Shown here one piece after another: positions 1-12,300 of a DNA stretch of 22,451 nt; within the stretch, counting starts at the first letter, position 1, and each line of letters starts with the position of its first letter. A model generated the notes under the pieces. The model worked only from the letters and a program-made list of their open reading frames with translations, searched no databases and had not been told where the DNA came from. The position numbers and the translations under genes were made by a program. The stretch is from Catajapyx aquilonaris (Eukaryota): contig JYFJ02001287.1 in the NCBI GenBank assembly GCA_000934665.2, positions 62,001-84,451 of the forward strand, given 5' to 3'.

Positions 1-366
1 CAACCTGATCTGAACAGACTTGTAGTGACTTTTCTGTAAGGAAGCCAGATTAGAGCACAAAAACCTGTGCTGCTGGCATTCATTACTGCAGAACCAGGTT
101 ATGACAGCCACACGGATGGCTAGGGATTGCTGGAGGGATGTCACATGGGCGAAAAAATGAGTGAAGGTCTAGGAAGGTACTAAAAGATAATAATATTCCT
201 ATCGCCTGCCTGAAACTTGCAGGAAATGAAGGTGCTTCAATCATGTGCACATGCTAAAGATTATTATTGGTGCTGGCCATTGCCAATTCATGCCGCCCAC
301 ACCGCCTAAGTCCTGATCCTCCTGAAAGCTGCAGAAAAGATACATTAGTTGTGGTTCTAAAGTTGT

Positions 367-372
367 TTTATT
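367..372 (-). promoter_or_regulatory. Candidate polyadenylation signal AATAAA of the dynein gene
   Basis: TTTATT on + at 367-372 reads AATAAA on -, about 28 nt downstream of the TAA stop (400-402). Confidence 0.6.
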
Positions 373-399
373 TTGCCAGAGGTGATGTGTAGGAGAGAA

Positions 400-3300
400 T
401 TAGATCTGTAGCAGAAGAGCCACACCAGCCAGGACCCATTTGGACGGGCTGTCCTTGCTTTTCAGGTTGAAGGTCCACACATAAGTAGGTCCTCGACTGC
501 GTGTCTTGTACACTGGGCATTCATACATGTTTCGGGCATCCATCTTGTCCTGGGTGATGGCCTAGAGGGTCAGAATTGGTTAGTTTATCAGTTAAGATGT
601 GCATGTAACATGTGAGGATTAGTCCTCTTGAATGTTGCATACAAAAATCGTACCCTGAGATAAATGACAGGCATAACTGGGTACAGCTCTTTCAATTTGG
701 AATCATTTATAGCGCCAGTCTGTGTATCCCATCGAGCGCCCTCCATAAACATGCCAGTGATGTTGGCTCCCTCCCTCGGAGGGCTCCTGCGTAAAGGACA
801 TAATACGTGTAAGGTGCACATCCTAGCTTTAGCATACTCCATACTCACGAGAAATCCTCCCTAACTTTCTTGGTTACGTCACATTGGAGGCACATCTTGT
901 CCAGGGGGAGCTCCTGCCTGCGAGCAGTGCTCTGCATGATTGCAGTGAGGAAGGACTGTGGGTTAAAAAACCCTGCCAGCCACACGCAGGCTGGTAGCTG
1001 TGTGCATTTAAAAAAATCATGGTGTAGTACTCTATCAGCTCATCCCATGCTGTGTGACTATCTTACCACAAAGTCTGAAGACCAAGTTTCCAGTTCACGA
1101 ACACGGAGGAGGAGGTCAGCATACCATGGTGTCAGTCCCATCATTGATGGATATGCCCTCTTTGTCCATCCTGGAGGGACCTCATCCATGAACAGGCAGT
1201 TGGACAGGTCTTCCATGTCAGATGTGATTGTCAGTTCACCCTGTGCAAGTTAACAGTTTGTTAGTACATCTTGACAACAGTGACCAACAGTGATTCTGAG
1301 CACCTTCAAGCCAAGATCAAGCTCCTTCAGAGAGCGCCTCATTTCCTTGGTTAGGAAGCTCATCCGCTCGCACTCCTGGAATGCTACGATAACGTAAGGG
1401 GTCCTTTCTTCCACCTTAGACATAATTTCAGCCATGTTAAATTCATCAGGGAGGCGCTCCATAATGTCATCCAAAACTTGCTTCACCTGAGGACAGAATC
1501 AGTCATAACATCAGAAGACTCAAGTGTTAGTGAGTCATTGCAAAATCACTGCATACTTTTTCCTCTTTGGTAACAGTTGTTCCAGCTCCAGCACCTGAAT
1601 CCCGAGGTTGCAACTCCAAGACAGTTTTGAAAAGATTGTCAGAAGTGGTGGTAAGAAATCCTATCTCAGCATTTGGATGCAGGCCATACAAGTAAGGAGA
1701 TTCAGCTGGGATGTTTTCATCAATGTACACGTGATAGCCATGATAGTCCGTACTTGTGGGATTGGAAAATCCAGGAGCCAAGAGGACTTCGCCCTCCAAC
1801 TAAAGAATGAACAGTGTAGACATGTTAGCATTAAGTGGTGGGGGAAGAATACGTCAGATAAATCAGTGGTGCTGGACACATTAGCAGTCTCTAAATGTTT
1901 ATTTATATTTCGGCATTGGCAGCGCTGGCGTTACCTGGCAACTAAGTAAACATTTAGGGACTGCTAATATGACCAGCACTGGTACTAGATGAATATGTTA
2001 TGGGATAAACACTCAATAACGAAATGGGCGACAACACACTGAACCATGATCAATAAAAATTTATCATGTAAGTATCAGCTACTTCAAATGGCACGAATTT
2101 TAAGTGGTTTTGTGAAAAAGAAAAAGGCCAGATTTCAAGTAGGCCTAATCATGAAATAATCCACCAACCTTTCCACAAATTTCATATATTTGCTCTACAA
2201 CAAGTTTTCGTTTAAAGGAAATAAAATCTTTGGACCATGACTTACAGCCCTAGACCCCTAGTGACCCAACACCCTTACAACCAAATGTTACACATTACTT
2301 ACCAGTTCAGGCCTCATGTACTCTTCTAAGTAGGTTCGACACAGTCGCCTATCCCAGTCATCAGTGATATGCCCTCCATACATGATTTCTCCAAAAAGAT
2401 ACCTCAGATCCTCATAAGGAACTTTGGTGTTGGCCTCAAGGTAGTTGAACAATACATATACACTGATAGTCAGGTCACCTGTTAAATATACCCATTAGTA
2501 TGAAGTGAAATATCAACAGTTTCAAACAAGGCATCCTTTCCCTTCTTTCAAACGTTACATACCAACATTGAATGGATACACTCTGTTCCATCCTTGTGGT
2601 CCAAACTTTCGCCTTTCAGCAACAACAGCATGGAAGTAGCAGAGAGCAAAGAGGAAAGCTTTGAACTCAGCTTCTTTGGTGCACATTTCCAATGTCTCTT
2701 GGTTGAAATTGTCCAGTGCTTTGTGCAGATTGGCATGCATACCACGTGGAGGCTCATTGGTTATTTTGATGGATGACTCCAGAATTCCCTGCAATGAATA
2801 ATACCACACTAAACACTGGATCAATGGGAGTTCCACTGTACGAGGACTAGGTGAGAAAGTAATAGTGGCAATCCTGTCAGGCAACAAGAAGCAAGTTTAA
2901 CAACAGTACATATCATAATAATTATGCTATACAGTATTTCGGCAATGACGTCACAACCAAGGTCCCACACAAGTTTTCACACCAGAGGGAAATTGGCGGA
3001 CTTTTAATGCATATGAGTTGTCCAGGGAGGTGCGGTGGCTGAGATGGTAACGTCTCGGCTTGCTGAGTGAAAGGTCCCAGGTTCGATCCCCACCTGGGAG
3101 CTACCTTTTGCCTGCGTTGGGAGGGTCTTTGACCTGCACCTTGGAGGTGTCTGGCAACCTAACCTCCTGGGAAACAGCACATGGCCCAACGCTTGACATT
3201 GCACTTGCACCCATGTTCCCTCCCCAACAATCCCTATCCTTTCCCAATGTCCCTGTTTCCTTGCACTGGAGAATGAAGCTGGAAAAATAATAGAAAACTG

Positions 3301-6300
3301 ATGGTGGTGTGCCACCCCCTATAGATCCCGTAAGGGACATCACAGGGTAAACAAAATAAAATAAATAAATAAATAAATAAAAGTATATGAGTTGTCCACC
3401 CGTGCTCTTGATAATTATTAACATAAAATGTGAGGCTATAACTTACTTGTGGTAGGATGTGATACTCAGCAGAAGCAGCTGGTTCACCACTGAGGAAGAC
3501 ACGGAAGCTTGGATGGGATGTCTCACTGTGCTGCTCCAGTTTCTTTTCCAGCTGTGCCAGCCAATTTTTCACCAAGTGAATATTCTGAAAAACACAAAAA
3601 ATTATATAGCAATTGTAGCAATCAGCCAATGCAACAGTGCATCTGACAACAAAATCACTTGCAACTAACCTGCAAGATTACCCAGTGCCCTTCCTTGGCT
3701 GCTATGTCTAATGCTTCTTCTGCAACAACTTCTTGCCCCTGGCCCAGGGACACACTGTGGAAGTTCGCAGCGTCGAAAGTGAATCCTAGCTTCTTCCCAA
3801 GAGCTTCCACATCCTATAATAAACCCAATCTTGAAAGACTGCATTTTACATTTTCACTTGCAACATCCAAGTGCTCTAATCGGCATCTCACCTTAAGGGG
3901 ATCAACACCAGGAGACAATATGAAGAAAATTGGTGTTCCTGGGCCTGACTCTTCATAGGACTTGGAAAATTCCACATTTCTTCCTTCCACGTACCTTGTG
4001 CCTAACTTTTCTTCCACAAAGAGTCTGCAAAAGACATTTCATAAGTCTTAGCTTGTGCCAAAGCCTCAGTAAGCCTGCCACACACACATACAGGGGCCGT
4101 GCAGACGGGCCAAGCTTGGCCGCGGCTGCCCGCGGCCCTGGCCAACTTCCAGGAAGTTGGCCCGTGGCCTGGCCGTGGCGTTGCTAGGGGGCCCCTAGGT
4201 GTCAACTGTCGCAGCCGCGGCCAGCCGCGGCTAAGCTTGGCCCGTCTGCACGGCCCCACACACACACACACACTTTTATCTACACATTTAAAAAAGTAAA
4301 GCTTGCAGGTGAATCTAACATTCCTCCACTTGCCCCTAGCCCTTCAAGGGAACAGTCAGAGTGACGCTGGCATGCATACAGTGACCAAGGTGAATGACAC
4401 GAGAGATGTCATCTTCCTCAATTATTATCCCTGGTTAAACTTACGAGACAGCATAGATCATGCGATCAGGTCTTAGCGCTCTCATCATACACAGCTTTTG
4501 TAAAGCTGATTTATTTTTCCACTCTTGCGGCAGCTTTTCTTTTTCAGGGCATTCTGACTCTACCAATTTTTTCCATCTCTTTGCTGATCCCTCAATGTCT
4601 CTGTCCAAATTTCTAAGGGGAAATGTATTAATATTACTCCATTTGTTGCTTACATGCATCAAGACAAGACCGCAAAGTGGTTCCTTACCTGAATTCTTCC
4701 AGACCAGACAGGCTTTTGATCCCACCCCAGCTCAGGTGGGAAAGAAAATCCACTGGACTGGTCACATTGGGTATCAAAGGAAACCGGAGAAGATATTCTA
4801 ATTCTGATTGTTTAATTTCTTTTTTAGTTGTCAGTATCTAGATCAGAAAGAAGTACCACTTTAAATAAGCGATGATTCAAATCACCTTAAAATCTAACAG
4901 ACACAACTCTTAACAAAGAAAGAGCTGCAATAACATCATTTCTATGTCAGTGACTCACCTGAAATGTCATCTGAGAAGTGAAAATGAGCTTGTCAACCTC
5001 AAAGAGACCTCTAGTAGTGTAGATGTACACCGAGTAGGTTATGCAGTCAATCAAATTATTCACTCGTGCCTTTATTTCATCTGCTTCTTCTGATCTTTGA
5101 ATGGCTGTGTGAAATACCACACTGAAGGCCTATGAAGCAACAGAAATTATCAAAACAAACAGATGCAAGTAATGGGTACTCCAGAGCCAGTAACTCTACA
5201 TACCTTGAGTGAAAACTGATATATTGGGTTAATTTTGTTGAGGTCATTAAGAATAAAGTAGAGCAAAGAAGATCTGCAAGCAGCAGGGCGATACATCTCA
5301 TAAGCTTCGTCAATCATGATGGAAGTCTCCTTGGCTTCTTTGACTTTGCTCTGAATTTCAGCCGCTGTTGCTTTGGTGTGTTCCAAGTTTTCTACCAAAG
5401 CAGTGTCGCTGAGGACATCTTCTCCAGCAGAAGAAAGTCGAGACAGAAGGTCATCTTCCAGTGTCTTCAAGACAATCTTGAAGTCATTCTGCTGCTTTGT
5501 CAAGTCAGCCTTCGTCTGCTCCAAGTCTGGTCGCTCTGCTTTCACCACTTCAGCCAGAAGCTGGTCTTCCAACCCATCTCGCGTAACAGTGAAATTTATC
5601 AGGGTTGTCTGGGCCTGCATCTCAGGCTGATAATGAGGGTTGGCCAGCTTGGTATGGAGGATTAGACGGAAAGTGGGACCGTATTCAACTTCCTTGTCTC
5701 CCATTTTTATTGCCCTGGGGTAAGAAGAAGAGTCAGCAAGAAATGAGGTAACATCAGTGCATTAGTGTCCACCAACTGACCTTCCTTTTTTGATGAGGTT
5801 CCTTCCTAGCAGGGGATCCAAAACAGGATCAACACTCTCACCAATGTTTTCAATCAGCACCACTGCTCCAAGACTAATACTCTTCTCTATGGTGTCCAAA
5901 TAGCCTTTTTGACCAAGCCTAATGACAACCAGCTTATCCCCATATCGAGTCTTGATCCATTTTACGCCTTGCAGCTGTAAATAATTTGGCAATCCAGTAA
6001 GCATGTGATTATTATGAAACAGTGAATGGAAATAATCACCTGTGGATCTATCATAAGAGGCCACCTTTCAGAATTAGTGAGAATGGTTGCATTCTCAGTG
6101 GACATCCTGTCACTGGGCAGGTTCTCATTGTTCCACATGGCAATCTGTGCATCATCAGTCAACAAGGTCAAAGGATCTAAACCTTCAGTTATTGGAATAG
6201 GTGTCTTGAGTGCATTAAAACGCGGCAACCACAGCTTCTCTTGCAGCTCTATGCGATAAGGTTTTGTGAAACACCCCACGTATGACACAAATGCAGTGAC

Positions 6301-9300
6301 CAGTAGGATGTCGCCAGGAAGAGTTGTTGCCTGCTCCTTGAACAAGCGCACACTCTCATTCCACCGCACATTTTCCGAGGCTAATCCACCCACAAGGCGA
6401 TTGGCCAGATTGATAGTTTTGTTTGTGGCTTCTGCTTCTTGTTGCACCTTCAGCTTAACTGCTGTGGCTTGTTCAAATTCGCCTGTTAGAACGGCCAACT
6501 GCTCCTCTAGGCTCTGGCATTAAAAACAATATAAAAATAATCCTGAGCGACAACAGCAACAAACAATCCAATAGATTACACCATATCATTTATAACATTC
6601 AATGCAGGGTGTTTCTTACTAATGGAAGATTGCACCCTAATGTCATCCTTGGCTCAATGCAAGTCAAAAATGTAGGAGTGAGAAATCGCCTTAAAAAAAG
6701 ACGTGTGCAGCAGTGCAGGATGTGAGCATGATAATGCAATGTGAACAACCTACAAAATTCTATTGAACTCTCTACCATACTTCAGCAACCACTGCAGGGG
6801 TGACTGTCAATTTTTCTGTCAATCCCTTTGCAAGAGAAGAGGTATATCATGTGTCTAGCAGTAAGGGCAGGGAAATGTGCTAGGTCACCTACAACATTAC
6901 TGATTCGACATTTCTCACTCCTATTTTTTAAAATACTTGAATTGAGTCTGAAACTTGTTGCAGTACTCATTATTCATTAATACGATATACATGGCAATGA
7001 CACACTTACAGCAATCTTTGCTTTGATGGTCGCTAATTTTTCCTGTGCACCCTGAAGTTCTGAGTTGGCTTTAGACAAGGCAAGTCTCTTGGGTTCCACA
7101 TCACAAAATACTTCATAAAATCGCACAATGTTGATTACCCACTCGCAGAGTCCTTTCAAATGTCAAAATAATATCGTTAATCATTAATCTTCACATCAAA
7201 ACATGAGAGTTATAATAAATACTGTATATTTTTGAAATTTACCTGCGGCAGCAGCAGATTTTGAGCGAATAAAATCGCCATTAAATTCTGCTTTGTTAGC
7301 CAGGTACGGTTGGATTGCTTTCATAACATCTGCATGAATGTGTTCCTTGTCATACGTTTTGAGGGAATCCAAGAATGCATCCACTTTTCCCATCATCACC
7401 TTTGAAAGTAATGTTATTTCAAACAGTGCAAATCTTTTCACTGTTGTGTTACATTTAAAACCTGTTTGCTTGCTTGAAGTGTATAAATAACCATACCTTT
7501 GCAGCTTTCCAACTTCTGTCCTTGGGAACTTTACCCTTTTTGGCAAGCAGAACCATTACAGCAGCTGTGACATCGATTACAGCATCAGGAGGGGTACCAA
7601 AGGATTTCAATTCTGTGAGGTTGTTCTAGATAACAAAGTAGTTCATTGAGTAACATAAAATAATATCCATTTGCTCATGATTCCCCTTTTTAAAACGAGA
7701 TGCCCAGACTTACTTTGTTCAGAGTGTCAAGGGCAGCCAAGGCTGCATCAAGTGCTGGCTGTGCCTTTTTCAAATCCTCCTCACAATCCCTTGCCTTCTT
7801 GGAAACCTCAGCAGCAAATACGGCCACCTTCTGCTCCTCTTGCACACCTTACAAGTGAAGCAGATACAAATAGTTATTTCACAAGATTTATTACAAGAAT
7901 GGGACTGTATCAGAGAGGAGTTTATTAAACAGTTCCCTGTGACACTGTGCTGTTATATCAGCAATCTCAGACAAAAAGGCACAAAAGATTCCAGTTTCAA
8001 CTGTACCTATTTCTTTCTCTTTGCCAACTTTTGCTGCTTCAGTGCCCACAATTTGAATCAGACGTTCTGCATCTTCATTCTTCTGTTTCACAACTACTTC
8101 CTGATCTGCCAAGATAGCTTTGAGCCCATCAACCTGTAGGAAATATTCTTCCATCAGTAAATAAATATATTTTAAAACTTTATGACATTCACCAGGGCAT
8201 GGATTTTCCTAATGATTTTATCTACGCTAATGACTACAAAATGATGCATACAATTTATCACTATTTTTTACAATGTATTGCTATTATCATTAATATTACA
8301 GTCCAGCCACAGTAACAAAAGATCCCACAACTACTCTCCATGAACAAGAACAAAAATCACCACATGAATTCATGACATGATTTCTAATCATCACTCACCT
8401 GCTCAGCACAACTGTACAGTTTATCCAGACCGTTTTCTAGTCTTTGTATACGAGCTACCACATCAGAGCATTGTGCTCTCAGAAGCTTTGTGTACAAATT
8501 TATCTGCTCCAAAAATGACTTTGGAGTTGTGTAATTGTAACGGCGTTCATTCTGAAGATACACTTTGGACATGTCATTCACTGACGTGTGAACAAAGGCC
8601 ATAAAGTCTGCCACTGAGTCTCTTAAATGACCCTGTAATGAAATGTCATGTCATATCACAGCCCAATTATTTACCATGACATTATAAATCATAAATGAGG
8701 TACAAACAGGCAAAACATCTAGCTCCTCTAAGAAACGTCCAGACACTGACACCAGTGCTTCTTGTGGCCATTCCTTAAACCAGTCAATGCTAGTGCAGTT
8801 GGTTATAGCAGGAAACTTTCGAGATCGAACTCGTAGAGTTGATCCAACTGGAGAAAAGCAAAGGACCACCTTCAGCATCCTACGGACACGATCAATAAAA
8901 TATTTCCAGCAGTTCTCTCGTGTATCTTGCAATCCAGCACTTTTTACCTATAAGTGCAGTAAACTTGTTAGTGTAAACTCACAAACAATAACTCAGGAAA
9001 GCTATACCTCTGATCTCATAGAACTCATGATGTTTTCAGTTTCATCCTCAGTCATGAGGTCAGCAATCTCTCCAGAAGCTAGCATATCGTTGATAAGAAC
9101 CAGGAATTTTTCTTCTGCAACTTGTGCATCTGTCATTAAGAAAACCATTCCCATGTTCTTCAGTCCTGCTTTCATGTACAAGCCATTCAGGTCAAGCTGT
9201 GAAAAACATTGCCATGTTATTATCAACAACAAATTCAAGGCAAAGTGCCCAAAGAATATGAGAGGGGAACATCAAATTTACTAAAACATATCTGGCCTGC

Positions 9301-12300
9301 TTGTAATGTATTGTTGGTTAGTCTTTTTCAACAATATTAGTATGATGTGCAATCTGGATAGATTAGTTTAACTGAGTTTGTTCCTATCCACTCTAAATCT
9401 CATGCACATAATTCCTCTAATTCTCACTACCTCTCTTGCAAGTTCAAAATTATCCAACTCCTCACCTTGAGATCAGGTATTGCATAACCTTTTCGTAGAG
9501 TGATCTGAAAGACTTCCAGACTTGAAATGAAGGATGACAAGCGAGCCAAGCTTTGTTTTCCACTTCCACCAACTCCAACCAAGAGCGCATTTCCACGGGG
9601 AGATTCCAAAATCCGATTAATCCTGTAAGTTAAATTTTCAGTCCTTTCCCATTGGCTCCTACCTTTAAAATTTACCTGCAAATGTGAGTGATGGCATCCT
9701 CAAACAAAACTAGGTTCATGGCAGCATTTAACTCATTGTAGTTCCCCAGGGCATCCACTAAAAGTTTGTTGAGTTGCGACCATTCTATCACAGGCATGTA
9801 TTTGGCTTCACCTATCCCACTTGCAAAGTGACAGAAAATGTTTGGCTTGACACTTATCAGGTTGAAATCTATATCCTACAAGCACAAGGCATGAATTAAA
9901 AATCATTAACAACATCGTCAATAAAGAAAATGTTGGCCATACTTCAAAGGTTTTCTTTGTTATTTCATTTCTTATCCGGAAGAAAGTTTCTACATCCACG
10001 TCCTCTATCAACTTGTCTGAATACACTCGCTCAGCTTCATGCAACCAAAGGCGCACAAGTTCAATGGGTGTTGGTAAGCATTCAAAACTGCTAAACAACA
10101 GTCCCTAAAAATGAAAAGGTATTAGCAGCATGTTCCACTTGATTCATTTCTCTTAGGGGAGGGGGTCGTAAGAATGAAGTCTTACTGTTCAAATTAAATT
10201 GTTTTAAAGTTCACATCTGGCAATTAGTCCCAACAGTGGATTCTCAATGTACACTGCACTCCCGATTATTATCCGGCTATTGACTGCACAGGTGTTGCCA
10301 GATAATCGGAAAATACGGATAACAGGAAAATGGTCCTACATACCGTTTTTTTTTAAAAAAAGCACTATTCACAGGGTTTTAATGCCCTTCTGCATAGAGA
10401 GTATGTTTCTTGGTTGAATAAAAATAATAAAACTTACCATAGATTTTTACTTTATCTTCTAGAAAAAGTCTCTTCGTTGTGAGACATAACCGATTGACAG
10501 TGGGTGGAACTTTCGTCCCACTGCTAGTTACTGCTAACTTAGCAGAGCAATATCTAGCAGTGGGATGAAAATTCGACACAATTTTTGTACTTTCAGCATT
10601 TTATGGATAATCGGGAGTATAATGTATATTCATTTCCACTTTTAATAAAAGGTACATTATTATAGTCAGGTCACTTGAATACTGCTAACACTACAGATCT
10701 ACCAAAGATTTACATATATAGAGCAGGTCCCTTGAAGTCCAGTAGTGTGCACAAACCTGGAATATGTTGGAGAGATCCCTCAGATTGAATACGTAATGGA
10801 ATTTAACTGCTGTTGGCAGAAATGACTGAGCCACTTTTGAATGCAGGGCCAATGCACCAGCGGCAATAAGAGGTGCTAATTTCTGCACTTGAGGATGGAA
10901 CTTATTGTAGGGAGCACCTAGGTGTTGACTCAGAATTGTGTTGTAAATAGTGAAGAGAGCATCTGCTCCAGGAAAGCTGCAATTTTTTTTTTTTAAGTCA
11001 AATTACTTCACAGGCTAACATGAAAGCATAATTTATAATCACTAAACTGAAGCAATAGCTGATGAATAAAATTGATCTACGACAAGACAATTTATTGTTT
11101 TTGGAAAGTAGCAAAAATCAATGAGAGCTGCCAATCCAATAAAGGATTCTTAAGGGAACCTCAATTACCAGTGCAAATAAATGTAATATACTCAACATCT
11201 GCTTACCTCACAGCAAAAACACAAAAATGTCTCTGTAAACGAGGATTGATTGTAAAACTTCCAGCAGTGGGATTCATGCAGGCAACATACTGCACATTAT
11301 GGATGTCCTTCAGTGTCAGCTTCGTCCTGTCATACCAATGGCTATAATCCATATGCTGCCTTATGAGTGTATGAGGCTGCACTGTGCCATAAGCATCCAC
11401 CTATTCAGACCAATTACAATAATGATTTTATTAGTACACGTGCACATAATGACTGTAATAATATCATTAGTCACACCATTGGCATGTTCATGTCATCAAT
11501 AAAGTAAATAAGTCTCTTGCTCCCTGGTGGTCCATAATTTCGGCCAGCTTTCTTTTCAAGCGGTTTCTCCAAGACTCTCTGCAACATTTCTACAAAACAA
11601 AAGGAAAATCAGTTCAGTACAAGCATCAAGCACACTCTCCTGTAATTAAGTAAGATATACCTGAAGTGGTGTAAAAATTAAATGGCACATTGCCAACCAT
11701 AAAATCTTCAGACAGTTGTGAAAATTTTTCTCCTACTAACACAGTCTTTCCACAGCCAGCACCTCCAACCAACATGACTGGATGTTTTTTGGCCATTAGC
11801 AAATCCAGAAAATATCTAATTCTGGTAGTCTCAGCAGTGGGCACCAGGGTAGCCTAGCATTTGGTATTCATTACATTATTATTAACCGAACAAGGAAGGA
11901 AGAGCCACACACAAAAAGAGTGTTATTACCTGCAGAGGAAGGTCCGGATCCAGCTCAAATGGAGGCACTTTCTCAGACCAAGGAACAAATTTGTTTGTTT
12001 TGCTATCCATCACATAGTCAAACACTGTGCCGTGAGCAGGAAATTTGATCGTCTTGAATTCAGTTACAAACCACTTGCTGAATTCCACTCGATGGTCTGT
12101 GATCTAGGTGACAAATTTTTATTATTAGGTCAGATTGTTATTGTCCTGCAAGAAACCCAGGCATTTTAGGAATGCTTCTCATCCTTTTTAATGGCCCATT
12201 CGTGCATCTGCAAAAAGTGGCCATTTCATCGCATTCTTAACCTCTTTGCATTCAAAAACTGGAAAAATCCAATACCAATGATTCCAAGATTGTGGGTGAA

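Noticed and set aside
1..399. Possible exons of a neighbouring gene (splice-like AG/GT sites on both strands)
   Set aside because: The frames I tried are short or hit stops, and none gives a recognisable protein.
3025..3100. tRNA gene call for the SINE heads (also 19971-20045)
   Set aside because: No proper acceptor stem. Homology between copies continues ~250 nt further, and tails and TSDs identify them as SINEs.
3004..3315. Similar ORFs at 3004-3315 and 19871-20284 as a small protein family
   Set aside because: The similarity just reflects the antisense strand of two SINE copies; starts and lengths are not conserved.
3290..3345. Hammerhead ribozyme in the SINE (GAAA...CTGATG)
   Set aside because: The core reads CTGATGG rather than CTGANGA, the required helices are not evident, and the motif is absent from copy 2.
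8940..8949. AG|GTAAAA at an exon start as a recursive splice site
   Set aside because: AG|GT is common at exon starts throughout this gene, and the flanking introns are tiny, so there is no specific support.
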